Shown in pieces: positions 1 through 12,169 of a DNA stretch of 64,000 bases. This stretch comes from Heptranchias perlo. Its lineage: Eukaryota. The notes under the pieces were generated by a model. The model saw only the letters and a list, made by a program, of their open reading frames with translations, searched no databases and was not told where the DNA came from. The translations under genes were made by a program, and so were the position numbers. Position 1 is the first letter of the stretch, and each line of letters begins with the position of its first letter. The stretch covers positions 17,174,001 to 17,238,000 of the forward strand of contig NC_090356.1 of the NCBI RefSeq assembly GCF_035084215.1. The letters run 5' to 3'.

Positions 1-631
1 CTCTATACTGCCTAACAACAGAAAATCTGCAGGCCTTTGATCTTGGCACATGTGCCAGGATACGCCCACTGGAAACCTCTGCTACTGATCCCATCGAAAT
101 GTATCCAAAGTCGGGGGGTGGTTCCCTTATTTGAATTTTACTGGTGGGCGCCCATGCAACTATGGCCGCAGCTCAGGCTCCCACAGGAGGGGGGTTATGA
201 TGGGTTAAGTGGCATTGGCCAGCCACTCCTATTTACAACAACAGCCTCGACCTAGCAGGCAAATTTTCAAGTACTCATTAGCCCCTCCCGACCCCTATAA
301 AGGGATCCTCCAGCTATACCTCCTCTAATGCAGAGCACCATGTTTGCGGTGGACTGAGATTCCATCCAAACAAGTTCCTGAGGAAATTAGTAGCACAGAT
401 CCGGACCCAACATATCTGGGTTCCAACCTAATTTGCAGGCCTTCCATCGCACTCCTGCCCAACCTATGGATTTTTCGGCCCAGGTTCCTCTCTAAACCAC
501 ATAAGACACAGGCTCCTCTGCACTGTCAGTGAACACAGATGCATTCTGTCCTTCCCAAAAATAAAATATACCTTGGATCAGACGGCACCAGAAATTAGCT
601 GGTGTCTCCGCTGATATTTGCTGATTTTTAA

Positions 632-1575
632 GAACAACAACAATTTGCATTTATATAGCACCTTTAACGTAGTAAAACATCCCAAGGTGCTTCATAGGAG
701 CGTTATCAAAAAAAAATTTACACAGAGGCACTAAAGGAGATATTAGGACAGGTGACCAAAAGCTTGGTCAAAGATGGGTTTTAAGGAACAGCTTAAAGGA
801 GGAGAGAAGTAGAGAGATGGAGAGGTTAAGGGAAAGAATTCCTGAGCTTAAGGCCTAGGCAGCTGAAGGCACAACCACCAATGATGGAGTGACTAAAATG
901 CGCAAGAGGCCAGAATTGGAGGGGTGCAGAGATCTCGGAGGGTCATAGGGCTGGAGGATGTTGCAGAGATAGGGAGGGGCAAAGCCATGGAGGAATTTAA
1001 AGACAAGGATGAGAATTTTAAAATCGAGGTGTTGCCGGACCGGAAGCCAAAGTAGATCAGCGAGCACAGGGGTGATGGGTGAACAGGACTTGGTGCGAGT
1101 TAGGATACAGGCAGCAGAGTTTTGGATGAGCTTAAGTTTACAGAGGGTGCAAGGTGGGAGGCTGGCTAGGAGAGCATTGGAATAGTTGAGTCTAGAGGTA
1201 ACAAAGGCATGGATGAGGGTTTCAGCAGCAGATGAACTGAAGCAGTGGCAGAGATGAGCAATGTTACGGAGGTGGAAGTAGGCGGTCTTGGTGATGGAGA
1301 GGATGTGGGGTTGGATCAAATAGGACGCCAAGGTTGCAAACGGTCTGGTTCAGCCTCAGACAGTGGCCAGGGAGAGGGAAGGAGTCGGTAGCTAGGGAAC
1401 GGAGTTTGTGGCAGGGACCGAAGACAATGGCTTCTGTCTTCCCAATATTTCATTGGAGGAAATTTCTGCTCATCCAAAACTAGATGTTGGACAAGCGGCG
1501 TGACAAATCAGAAGCAGCGTAGGGGTTGAGAGAGGACATAGTGAGTTACAGTTGGGTGTCGTCAGCGTACATCAT
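632..1575 (-). mobile_element. L2-clade LINE 3' fragment
   Basis: ORF 855..1331(-) has L2 RT C-terminal motifs (LIHAFVTSRLNYSNALL, IQNSAA, ITPVLADL.WLPV). The L2 3' tail reads, on +, acaacaacaatttgcatttatatagc at ~633. Confidence 0.9.
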
Positions 1576-2184
1576 TAACTAATGATGTTGTGCTAGCAGC
1601 AGTTGGAGTTGCTCTTTCATACAGATTACACTCAAAGTCCAGGATTCTCATTTTCTTAACTACTGTAAGGATTCCATTTTTAAAAATCTGATGAGTCAGG
1701 CATTTCCAAAATATGAAATATATAAATTTGGATTTGCTGAATTTATTACTGTAAGAATTTAGAAGAATAAAATATCAGTGTAGAATGTAAAGTCAGCGAT
1801 CAATGTCATCAGATCCACTGTGAATTCTCATGTGGTTTGTGATGATCAAAATCTGCAAAAAGCAGATAGTGGGAGGGGATTCACCTCCCTCCTTCCTGAT
1901 TGCCAGTCCAACTCCCCCCTTACATGCCCCACGATCTTTGCCAATTGCCGGGGACCGTTCCCAACGGTCCGCGGCTGCAGCCTTCTACCGCAGGCTTTCC
2001 CGCCCGGCAGCTGGCCCACCTTCAATCCGGCCGGCTGCCGGGTGGGAAACGGAATTAAAAAATGATAATGAGGTCCTGTTGTTAAACTTGGCAGAACCTC
2101 CGTGTGCCCGGAATTTCCGGGTTTCTCTCTCCGCAAACACCCCCGCCCCCCCATGTATATCAGGGCCAATGAATCACTTTGATA

Positions 2185-2410
2185 TGCCTTATTATTGTTA
2201 TGGAGACAAACACATAAACCATTTGTGCACAGTAAGATCCCACAAACAGCAATGAGATGAATAACCAGTTGATCTATTTTTTGGTGGTGTTGGTTGAGGA
2301 TACAATGTTGGCAAGGACACTGGGAGAACTCCCTGTTCTTCAAATCGTGCCGTGGCATTTTTAACAACTCGCTGATCCACCACAACAGACTGATTGGTCC
2401 TTGGTCAAAC
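2185..2410 (-). mobile_element. DeuSINE-type (SacSINE1/AmnSINE1-like) SINE fragment
   Basis: Reverse complement of gggagttctcc...caacaccaccaaaa...cattgctgtttgtgggatctt, the same core as the copies at 3785, 19795 and 27262. Confidence 0.7.
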
Positions 2411-2962
2411 TTGAGCACAGACACAAACTGCTCATATTAAATTCAGTTCAATATATTTTGCTGTTTAATATCTCAATAATGAACTCAATATAAATCAGAG
2501 TCCCTGCTGCAGCTGCCTTCTTAAGTGATATTATTAGCACGGGAGAGTCAGTTTAATACAATATAATTTAATCCTCCTGTAATCCAATCTGGTCAATTCA
2601 GAATAATCCTGCACCTGTACAGTACCCACATGGCAGATCACAAGTACTACAGTGTGCAATCATCGCACATGACACAATGTCTGGTATGAAAGTTGGCCTG
2701 GTTTGATGGCTGAGGTCACTAGGCTTTCAATTATTGACAGTAAGTATATGGCGCTCTCCTCTGCTCATGCTATGCCTATTTCTCTGCCAATTGTCCCAAT
2801 GTCCTGTGTTACAGCAATGCTTCTCTTGGGAAAACACACTGATCCTGAGTTAATCTGGGTTTCTCAGTAAAATGCATCAAACTGCAACAATTTGAATGAA
2901 GCCCAGTTAATATTTGACTGCAGTTCAGTTTCTTTTACAGTTTTACCTCTTATCTTGACACA

Positions 2963-3440
2963 GCTCCTCATGTCGCACCAAGTCCCATTCACCCATCACC
3001 CCTGTGCTTGCTGACCTTCACTGGCTCCCGCGGGGTCTGGGGCTGCCTCGATTTTAAAATTCTCATCCTTGTTTCCAAATCCCTCAATGTCCTTGCCCCT
3101 CCCTATCTCTGTTACCTCCTCCAGCCCTACAACCCTCCGAGATCTCTGCCCTCCTCCAATTCTGGCCTCTTGCACATCCCCGACTTTAATTGCTCCACCA
3201 TTGGAGGCTGTGCCTTCAGCTGCCTTGGCCCTAAGCTCTGGAATTCCCTCCCTAAACTTCTCTGCCTCTCTACTCTACTCTCTCTCCTTCTTTAAGACGC
3301 TCCTTAAAGCCTTCCTCTTTGACCTTCCTAATATCTCAAGTGGCTTGGTGTCAAATTTTGTTTGAAAACGCTCCTGTGAAGCGCCTTGGGATGTTTTATT
3401 ACGTTAAAGGCGCTATATAAATGCAAGTTGTTGTTGTTGA
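2963..3440 (+). mobile_element. L2-clade LINE 3' fragment
   Basis: Encodes DFKILILV.KSL...APPYL...AFSCLGPKLWNSLP and ends aggcgctatataaatgcaagttgttgttgttg. Confidence 0.9.
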
Positions 3441-3674
3441 AAGGCAGGAGGGAAGCTCAGCAAGCCACATACCTGCTGCCGCTCCCACCCTGCTGGTTGT
3501 AGAAAGAGTTGCACTTGCATTGTGCTAAGGAACAGAATGAAGTTATCCCAAAAGTACTTGTTGATGCTGTGCTGTATTCCACTTCACAGTCAGGTGATAA
3601 TGGAGAACCGGCACTTCAGGCCCTTCTACTAGGACATGGTAGACACCAGCAAACATGAGGCGTGCACGTCGGGC

Positions 3675-3775
3675 AATTGTGCACCTTCAGCGCATGATTT
3701 TCCATCCATTAAAATTAATAATGGAAAACCAGAAGCTGAGGGTGCACAAATTCATAAAGCAGAAAATCTCTCCCA
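3675..3775. mobile_element. Palindromic MITE remnant
   Basis: ttgtgcaccttcagc...ttttccat pairs with atggaaaa...gctgagggtgcacaa. Confidence 0.45.
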
Positions 3776-3784
3776 CTGTTGCAG

Positions 3785-4215
3785 TGTCCCTCTTTAGCTC
3801 AATTGTTAGCACTCTCACCTCTGAGTCAGAAGGCTGTGGTTTCAAGCTCCCCCACATAACCTAGGCTGACACTCCAGTGCAGTACTGAGAGAGTAATGCA
3901 TTATTAGAGGAACTGACGTTCAGATGATGTTAAACTGCCTATTCTGGTGGTTCAGGTAAACATAAGGAATTCCATGGTAATTTTTGAAGAAGAGCAGGGA
4001 GTTCTCCCAGTCCCCGGCCAACATTCCTCCATCAACCAACACCACCAAAAACAGATTAACTGGCTATTCATCACACTGCTGTTTGTAGGATCTTGCTGCA
4101 TGTAAAATGGCTACTATGTATACCTGCATTTCAGCAGTGATTGCATTTCAAAGTAATTAATTGTATATGAAGACCGTGGTACATTTCTGAGAGAAGTGAT
4201 GAGATGCTATATAGT
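3785..4215 (+). mobile_element. Near full-length DeuSINE-type SINE
   Basis: tRNA-like head (tagctcaattgttagcac A box; ggtttcaagc B-box-like), Deu-like core, and L2-like tail (gatgctatatag). Confidence 0.75.
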
Positions 4216-5579
4216 TCTTTCTTTAGATATAGTGAGAAAAGATTAGATGGGCGCTGGATATTCTTTGACCGTACCTCAGTTATCATGGAGTTTTGACAAT
4301 AAGCAGAAGGATGAAGCATGAAAGTGAAGGTACAGCATGTCACACAGACAACTCAGAGTTTCCACTCAAAAGGATGTATGTGTGGACAGTGGATTTAAGG
4401 TACGGTCTGGTATGGAAACATGTGCTCAACAATGTGTGGAGAGTATATTAATGCCAGGGTTTGGTCTAGTATTTATCTGTGAATGATGTGACCTGCTGCC
4501 ATTGCTGACCTTTCACATGGATTGGTCAAACCATTTTGACACATGAAAAGGTTGCTGTTGCTACTGGCATCTTCCTGGGCTGTTTCAAGCTTTATGCAAC
4601 CTCCCCAAACAGTGAACAGGCTAACAGAAAGATTTTCAACTTCATGCTATCTGACAATTCCAACAATTACTTTTCCTGTTTATCTGACATTCCATTCTCC
4701 CGAATGCATCCATATGAGAGCAAATTTTCCCCAGTCTCAGACTGTAGCCTTCTCTACAGCACGCTTGTTGTGTCTGCATCTCTCTTTATCTCTTTATCTG
4801 TCCTTTTCCACAAGCAGATTGGACAAACCCGTCAAGGCCATTGGTTGAGCAATATCAGTTTTAATGCCAGTGTTTTATGTGGGACACTTATCAAAGCAAG
4901 GTCAATTTAAAAAGTACTGAGCCAAATCATTTCTCTTCCTGTTTTGTTATTTTTGTGTTTTATATAAACTTTTTATAGGATTTTCCTCTGCACTTTGTTT
5001 GGCTGCAGCACAATCGTTTGTGTGAAATTTCTTCCCTGTGTCTAGCCTTGAGAGCCTCCCAAATACACTGTTCTCAAGCTCAATCTTGTTAATATTTATA
5101 TTAATTTTGTCTTACATTGAGTAAAATATTATTTTGAAAACTTCTCCTTGTCCCAAATTAACACTAATTAGCTGCATTACTCATCATCAATTTAGCGATT
5201 CGCGAATTCACCTCAATGCACAAGACAATAATGCAGAGTTCACAAATCTTGCATACTGCACAGCTGTAAATCCCCAAAATATCTGTGTGTGCTTATTTTA
5301 TGTTTGCCAGCTCTAATTTACTGATTGTCTCTAACTATAACAAAGCTCCAGTATACAGTGATCACAAGGAGCTGAAGAAACTTATGCAGTAACATGACTT
5401 ATCCTGACATATCTCATGGATCCCATTAAGGTTCACAATGCCAAAGTGCTACAAAAACAAAGAAGTACCAGTCGACCAATAATGTAAGAGTGACTGAATC
5501 AAAAGTGACATCCCACTTTTAAAAGTGATGCTAGTTTGGCACATGAAACCACTGGGAGAGGAGCAGGGCTTTTGGTCAT

Positions 5580-6846
5580 CTATTGTTAAACTAACAAAGG
5601 ATGACCAAAAAATTGATAAAAAGGGAGAAAATAGAATATCAAAGTAAACTGGCAAGAAATATAAAAATAGATTGTAAGAGCTTCTACTAGTATTTAAAAA
5701 GGAAGAGAGTAGCAAAAGTAAACATTGGTCCCTTAGGGGCTGAGACAGGAGAAATTATAATGGGAAATCAGGAAATGGCAGATGCATTAAACAAATATTT
5801 TGTATCTGTCTTCACAGTAGAAGACACAGAAAGCATACCAAAAATAGTGGGGAACCAAGAGGTAAATGAGAGTGAGGAACTTAAAACAATTAATATCACT
5901 AGATGAAGGGACCGAGTGTAATGTATCCAAGTTGGCTAACGATACAAAGCTAGGTGGGATAGGAAGCTGTGAGGAGGACACAAAGTGTCTGCAAAGGAAT
6001 ATAGACAGATTAAATGAGTGGGCAAGAAGGTGGCAGATGGAGAGTATAATGTGGGGAAATATGAGGTTATTCACTGTGGTAGGAAGAATAGAAAAACAGA
6101 ATATTTTTTAAATGGTGAGAAACTATTAAATTTAGGTGTTCAGAGAGACTTGGGTGTTCTCATACAAGAAACACAAAAAGTTAGTATGCAGGTACAGCAA
6201 GCACTTAGAAAAGCAAATGGCATGTTGGCCTTCATTGCAAGGGGGTTGGAGTACAAGAGTAAGGAAATCTTACTACAGTTGTACAGGGCTTTAGTGAGAC
6301 CTCACTTGGAGTACTGCACACAGTTTTGGTCTCCTTATCTAAGGAAGGATATACTTTCCTCAGAACGAAGGTTCACTAGATTAATTCCTGGGATGAGAGG
6401 GTTGTCCTATGAGGAGAGATTGAGTATAATGGGCCTATACTCTCTGGAGTTTAGAAGAATGAGAGGTGATCTCATTGAAATATATGAAATTATGAGGGGG
6501 CTTGACAGGGTGATTGTTTCCCCTGGCTAGAGAGTCTAGACCTAGGGGGCATAGTCGCAGGATAAGGAGTCAGCCATTCAAGACTGAGATGAGGAGGAAT
6601 TTTTTCATGTAGGCGGTTGTGAATCTTTGGAATTCTCTACCCCAGAGGGGCTGTGGATGCTAAGTCATTGAACATATTCAAGGCTGAGATGGATAGATTT
6701 TTGGACTCGTGGGGAATCAAGGGATATGGGGATTGGGCGGGAAAGTGGAGTTGAGGTCGAAGATCAGCCATGATCCAATTCAATGGCGGAACAGGCTCGA
6801 GGGGCCATATGGCCTACTCCTGCTCCTATTTCTTATGTTCTTATGT
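5580..6846 (+). mobile_element. CR1-clade LINE 3' portion with internal deletion at ~5900
   Basis: ORFs 5866/6018 give ANDTKLGG, LYRALVRPHLEYC and SLEFRRMRGDLIE. The 3' end is cctgctcctatttcttatgttcttatg. The linker (aattaatatcactaga) is joined directly to DEGTEC. Confidence 0.92.
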
Positions 6847-7284
6847 AGGACTGCCACGGAGAAAAGATAAATGGGGTGAAGGTACCAGCCATCATGAAGC
6901 TGCTATTGCCACATGAGGAAATGCCTTCTCTGTTTTTGGAAGAGAAGCAGTAATGGTCATTAACAAGGGCCAGTTTGGAGGAATGGTGCTATCATGCTGC
7001 ACATAATCTCCATTTATTATTATCCTTTATAGCATAAAGGATAAGCAGTTGCATTGTGCACAAAATTTCTTACGGCTTACTGCTCTTTGAAGTCATTGTT
7101 TTGGATTTGCATTGTAAATCAATTTCCTTTTCTCTTCCTGTAGGTTCCTCTCAAGATCAGACGAGACTAGGTGGCTCCACAGATCCTGGCACATCACAGC
7201 AGCTTGTCAGATACCGCACCTCAAAGAATGTAATTAGTGAGTTTTGAGGAAGGTGCACTAGTCGAGTCACAGTGCACAAATGAG

Positions 7285-8640
7285 CAACAACAACTATTTG
7301 TATTTACATAGCATCTTCAATGCAGAAAAATGTCACAAGTCGCTTCAGAGAGGTATAAGGAAAATAAACACCGAGCCAAAGAGAGACATTATAGGGCTGA
7401 CAAGCACTTGAGAAAAGAGATGAGTTTTAATGAGGGTCTTAAAAGAGGGGAGGGAAGTGGAGAGGCAGAAGGGACTGAGGAAAGAGCTTCAGAGTATGAG
7501 ACCTAGGTGACTGAAAGCACAGCTGTCAGTGGTGGAGCAAAGGGAGAAGGGATTGCCTAAGAGATCGGAGCCATACGAACATAGAGGTTTGGATAGGTTG
7601 TAGGGCTGCAGGAGATTATAGAGGTAGGAAGGGGCTAGACCATTGATGGATTTAAAGACAAGGACAAGAATTTTAAATTTGAGATGTTGGTGGAGCAGGA
7701 TATAATGTAGGTTAGTGCGCACAGAGGTGCTAGGGAAACAAGACGGTGCAGGATAGTGTACGAGCTACTGAGTTTAGGATGAACCAGAGTTTGTGGAGGG
7801 AGGAGGGAAAGTCAGCAAGGAGAGCTTTTGAGTAGTTGAGTCTGGAGGTGACAATGGCATGAATGAGGGTTTTGGCGGCAGATGGGCTGTGGCGGGTTGG
7901 AGGCAATAGATGTTATGGAGGTGGTTATGTGATCTTTGTTATGGAGAGGATGTGGGGATTGCACTCAACTCAGGGTCAGAAAGAATTTAGACATTGTAAC
8001 AGTCTGGTTAAGACTGAAACAGTGACCAGAAAGGTTGTTAGAGTCAGTGGTGAGGCAATGGAAGCTGTGGCGAAGGCCAATGACTTCATTCTTCCTAATA
8101 TTTAGTTGGAGTAAGTTAAGGCTCATCCATGACTTGATGTCAAACAAGTAGTCTGGCAGAACAGAAGCAATGGAAGGATCGAGGAAGGTGGAGGGGAAGT
8201 AGAGCTGGGTTTCATTGTCATAGATGTGGAAGCTGATCCAGTGTCTTCGGGTGTCACCAAGGGGCAGCATTTAGATGAGGAAGATAAGGGGGCTAAAAAT
8301 GGAACCCTGAGAGACTCCGGAGGTGACAGTGCAGTGGGGTGGGAAGAGAAGCCTTTGCTGGAGATGTTCTGGCTACGATTGGATAAGTAAGAATGGAACC
8401 AAGTAAGGACAGTCCCGCTGAGATGGACAACAGAGGAAAGGCATTGGAGGAAGATGGTGTGGTCAACTGCGTCAAAGGCTGCAAGGAGATCAAGGAGGAC
8501 TAGAAAGAGGTAATGCACCATTGTCATAGTCATAGAGAATGGCGTTTGTAACTTTGGGTGCAGTCGTTTGAATACTATGGGAGGTGTAGGAACCAGATTA
8601 GAGGGATTCAAATAAGGAGTTACAGGAGAGAAGAATATGC
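7285..8640 (-). mobile_element. Degenerate L2-clade LINE fragment
   Basis: LVLLDLLAAFDAVDH.I and LTWFHSYLSNRSQ (ORF 8123..8761-); L2 tail at ~7285-7320. Confidence 0.85.
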
Positions 8641-9623
8641 AGGGAGGCAACACATATAAGTGGAAGTGACAGGAAAGTAGCAAACTCTGATATGAACTGA
8701 ATGGACAAGAGATTGGTATCTTACAGGGCCTGCCTTCAGATAGGAGTGGATGTAGCAGCAAACGGCGTTTGTTATATCCTTGAGGCCACCATGAGCAGTC
8801 TGCAGTAAGTGGTGGAGATTGTGCAGCAGTGCATCTCTGACATCACTACAATCCTGCAGGAGGAATTTACTCAAACACAAAATACCTTGGAACAAACGGC
8901 AGCTTCACGGCTATCTGCAGGGGAGCCCCAAAGCATTGAGGGAACAGGAGTAGAGCATTGTTCTCCCACGAGCACTTAAGGTCCATTGAGACCTTGGACA
9001 TGCAGTTACAGATATATGTCATTTCCAAGTTGAACAGTCTGGGAGATTAGAATCAGTAGCAATGATGGGCTTTATCCATCCCTTGGACACCCTATGGACT
9101 GCTCTCATGCTGCCTACTGGGGTGCCCAGCTCTAGCAGGTGGCAGGAGAAGGGTCCAATGAGAAGGCCTCTTCTCAAGCTGACTGCACATCGTCGTCAGA
9201 CGCTTCTCCTACCACCCAGACTAAAGAAATGCCTGTGGAAAGATGCTCGCAGCCACTGCCTCATTGGATATGACACCAGCTGTTGCAGGAACATCACAAC
9301 CCTGCATTCCTCAAAGATCCAAGGCCATCACCACCCCAACAGGGCCGCACCACACATCAACCTGTCACCACAGTTGGTTCTCCCACTCAAGGAACAGACA
9401 GTGCCTAAAGTTAAGAAACAGTACAAGACCAGTTTACAGCGTCATCAAGTCCAGCTTAGAGTGTCACCAAGCACACCTTATGGGGTCACTAAGCCCAGTT
9501 TAGAGGATCACCAAGAGGAAGCATGCAAATAGGACTTACAGCACCGTTTGTTGGGTAGGGTTGTGTAACGTTAATCAGTGCTGAGAAGGGGCTGAAAGAT
9601 AGCAATTTAGCTTCATGGCCATC

Positions 9624-9745
9624 TGCAGAGGAAATGTTGGGCCCGATTTTTCAACATGCACCCACTGCTAGTGAGTTTCCATGCTGTTGCTAGCACCTAG
9701 AATAATCAGTATTCTGATCTGTGCTCCCTAAGAATATTCCCTGCC
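9624..9745. mobile_element. Small MITE-like element
   Basis: Imperfect terminal inverted repeats gcagaggaaatgtt / aatattccctgc. Confidence 0.4.
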
Positions 9746-10330
9746 AGTCACTGGTCTGACTTTTCAAACAGCTTTATGATTTGAGAGATCCAAACTCTGG
9801 TATCTCTAAATGTTTGTCATTCCCTGTTGATTTCAGTGAGGGATCCCAGAGGTTAGGAGCGGGCTGTGATTTCAGTTAGCTGGGGTCAGCATTGGCTCAA
9901 AGTTTCCAGCCAACAATTTCAGACGCAACATGCCATATGGATCAGCCTGTAGCAAGGGGCTGCCTGTAACTAGGCCTACCTGGCGTGAGAAAGTAGCCCA
10001 TTGTTGGGGGCTGCCCGGTTTGGCGGTGGGATGGGGGGGGGAGTGGTTGGTGTAAGGAGTGGGGAGCTGCCTGGAATAGATGCTACTCAGACCATGGGGC
10101 TGCCTTGAGTGGAGAATGCCTGGATTAGGGTGCTGTTCAGAGTGGGAGCTGTGAGCAGTTTTCAAGGATTTGGTTCTGTTTCGAGTGCACGCTATGTATA
10201 ACAGCACGGTAAATGCATTACATAATCAGTAAGAGGTGACAGGAAGAAAGTTGTCACAATTCTACCACTTAGTAGAGGCTGTATCATTAGCTTAACGGAG
10301 AGTTATCACTGAGCTTTTAATTCAAACTCT

Positions 10331-10492
10331 GTCAATTGTGATATAAGTAACAGGTGCAAATGGCAGATCCGACTATCCTTTCACTGGTCGAACAGCTTCA
10401 GGTACAGAAGACAGATCCCGCTGTTGCTTCATGGGTTGAAAAGTTGCAGGTGCAGATGGCAGATCCACTATCCCTCCATCAGTTGAACAGGT
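10331..10492. repeat. Short degenerate tandem repeat (about 3 copies)
   Basis: caggtgcaaatggcagatcc, caggtacagaagacagatcc and caggtgcagatggcagatcc recur with similar spacing. Confidence 0.55.
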
Positions 10493-11214
10493 TTTGGTGC
10501 AGCCGTTTGTGGGTTAATCCCTTCTGGGCAGAGGTGGGGAGGGAATTCACACAGTTGGAACTTTTTTTCCACCATGTCAACCATACTATAGCAAAACAAT
10601 GTAAATGTACAGACTATTCTAGAAACAATAATATTCACAAAACATATGTTGTGTGAAGGGGTTAAATTCAGAGGAAGACTGTGGGTGAAATCACACTGAC
10701 TGTGTCTAACCACCACTGACAACAGGTACTGATGCAGCAAATGAAATGGATAAATGAGATGGCCAAAGCATGATGCCATACTGAAATTAATTTACAGATC
10801 TTTCACACATCAGCTGGCTGCTGTTGTTTGTATTTATTTTTCACAGATGAAGCAAGGCTGGTGTTAATAATCAGGGTATTAGTTAGGCTGCTGTTTTACT
10901 GCCACCTTCTCATTATGCATATGTGAAACTACAACACAGGATAACTCAGGTATCAGGTCCTGTGTGCACTAAAACAAGGCTTCAACCCCCAAAGACCAAC
11001 AGGCTATCTCACTCCAGTTTGAGTTTGCATTTGCTGCTGTTCGCTTCAGTTCACTGCAAAGCCAAAATTACAAGTGACCAGGTGAAGAATGTTTTCAAAG
11101 TTAAGATAATAGAAAATCACATAATATTAAATATGCATCCAATCAGACAACACACAGCATGCAGCATTAGCATGAAGCTGTAATGTCAGAGACTAACAGC
11201 TGCACTATAACTCA

Positions 11215-11757
11215 ATTACAACAACGACTTGTCTTTTCCTGTAGAAAACCCCCAAGACACTTCACAGAGGCTTAATCAGAAATAAAAAATGGGCGCCAAG
11301 CCAAAGAAGGAGATATGAGGGGTCAAAGTGGTAGACTTTAAGGAGGATCTTAAAGGAGGAGAAGGAAATGGAGGGGTTTTTGCAGGGATCTCCGGAGCAT
11401 GGAGTCTATGTGGTCAAAGGCATGGCTGCCAATGGCGAAGTAAACAGAGAGGGTTGCACGAGGCCCCGAGTTAGAGGAATGAAGAGTCTGGGGGGGGGGG
11501 GGGGGGAGATGTAGGCTGGAGGAGATTACAGAGATAGGGAGGGGTAAGGTCATGAAGGAATTTAAAAGGGGATGAGAATTTTAAATTGGATGTGTTGAGA
11601 GACTGGGAGCCAATGTTGATCAACAAGGGCAGGGGTGATGGGTGAGCAGAACGGTGCGAAATGGGATACAAGCAGCAGAGTTTTGAATGAACCTAATCTT
11701 ACAGAGGGTAGAGGATGGCCAGGAGGGCATTAGAATAGTTGAGTCTGTGGTGACAAA
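11215..11757 (-). mobile_element. L2-clade LINE 3' fragment
   Basis: Homologous to 632-1200 (IQNSAA; FKFLHDLTPPYLCNLLQP). Confidence 0.8.
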
Positions 11758-11919
11758 CTCAAACTTAATTTTAAGACCCACCGACTGCCATGCGGAAAAA
11801 TGGGCCATGAAAACCTGCAACTGCTGCATCTCTATTTAACCATCTGGGTAAGCCCAGAGGTGATATCCAGTTCGGATCCTGTCAGAGTATGTGGGGTCAG
11901 AAGGTAGTCACCTAATTTT

Positions 11920-12145
11920 GTCAGGGCTGTTTGGAGTGGGGCTCAAACCCAACCCTTTCATTCAGAGATAGGAATGCTACCATTGAGCCAGTGGTCACTC
12001 TGTCCGGATGCAAGTACCCCACAGGATGTCAACCCAGTATTTAAAGACCATATTCTAGTCTCCACTTGCTGGGGCTGTCTGGAGTGGGGTTTGATCCTTT
12101 CACCTTCTGAAAGAGGGGGGAATGCTAGCACTACCCAAAGGCTCA
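11920..12145 (-). mobile_element. Two degenerate tRNA-derived SINE heads
   Basis: gggctgtttggagtggggctcaaaccc...gctaccattgagcca and gggctgtctggagtggggtttgatcc...gctagcactacc are reverse-complement A/B-box-like heads. Confidence 0.45.
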
Positions 12146-12169
12146 CACCCATTATAAGAGTAACTGGCG

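Noticed and set aside
3785-3860. tRNA gene
   Set aside because: A/B-box-like head continues into a SINE body and has no intact cloverleaf.
4536-4910. ORFs with a hydrophobic start (MKRLLLLLASSWAVSS)
   Set aside because: No recognisable domain or splice support; likely chance.
7120-7230. Strong acceptor ttccttttctcttcctgtag and a short open frame
   Set aside because: No partner exons or homology could be identified; it needs RNA data.
8660-9540. 156-aa ORF, possible Harbinger interior
   Set aside because: No motif or termini could be supported by eye.
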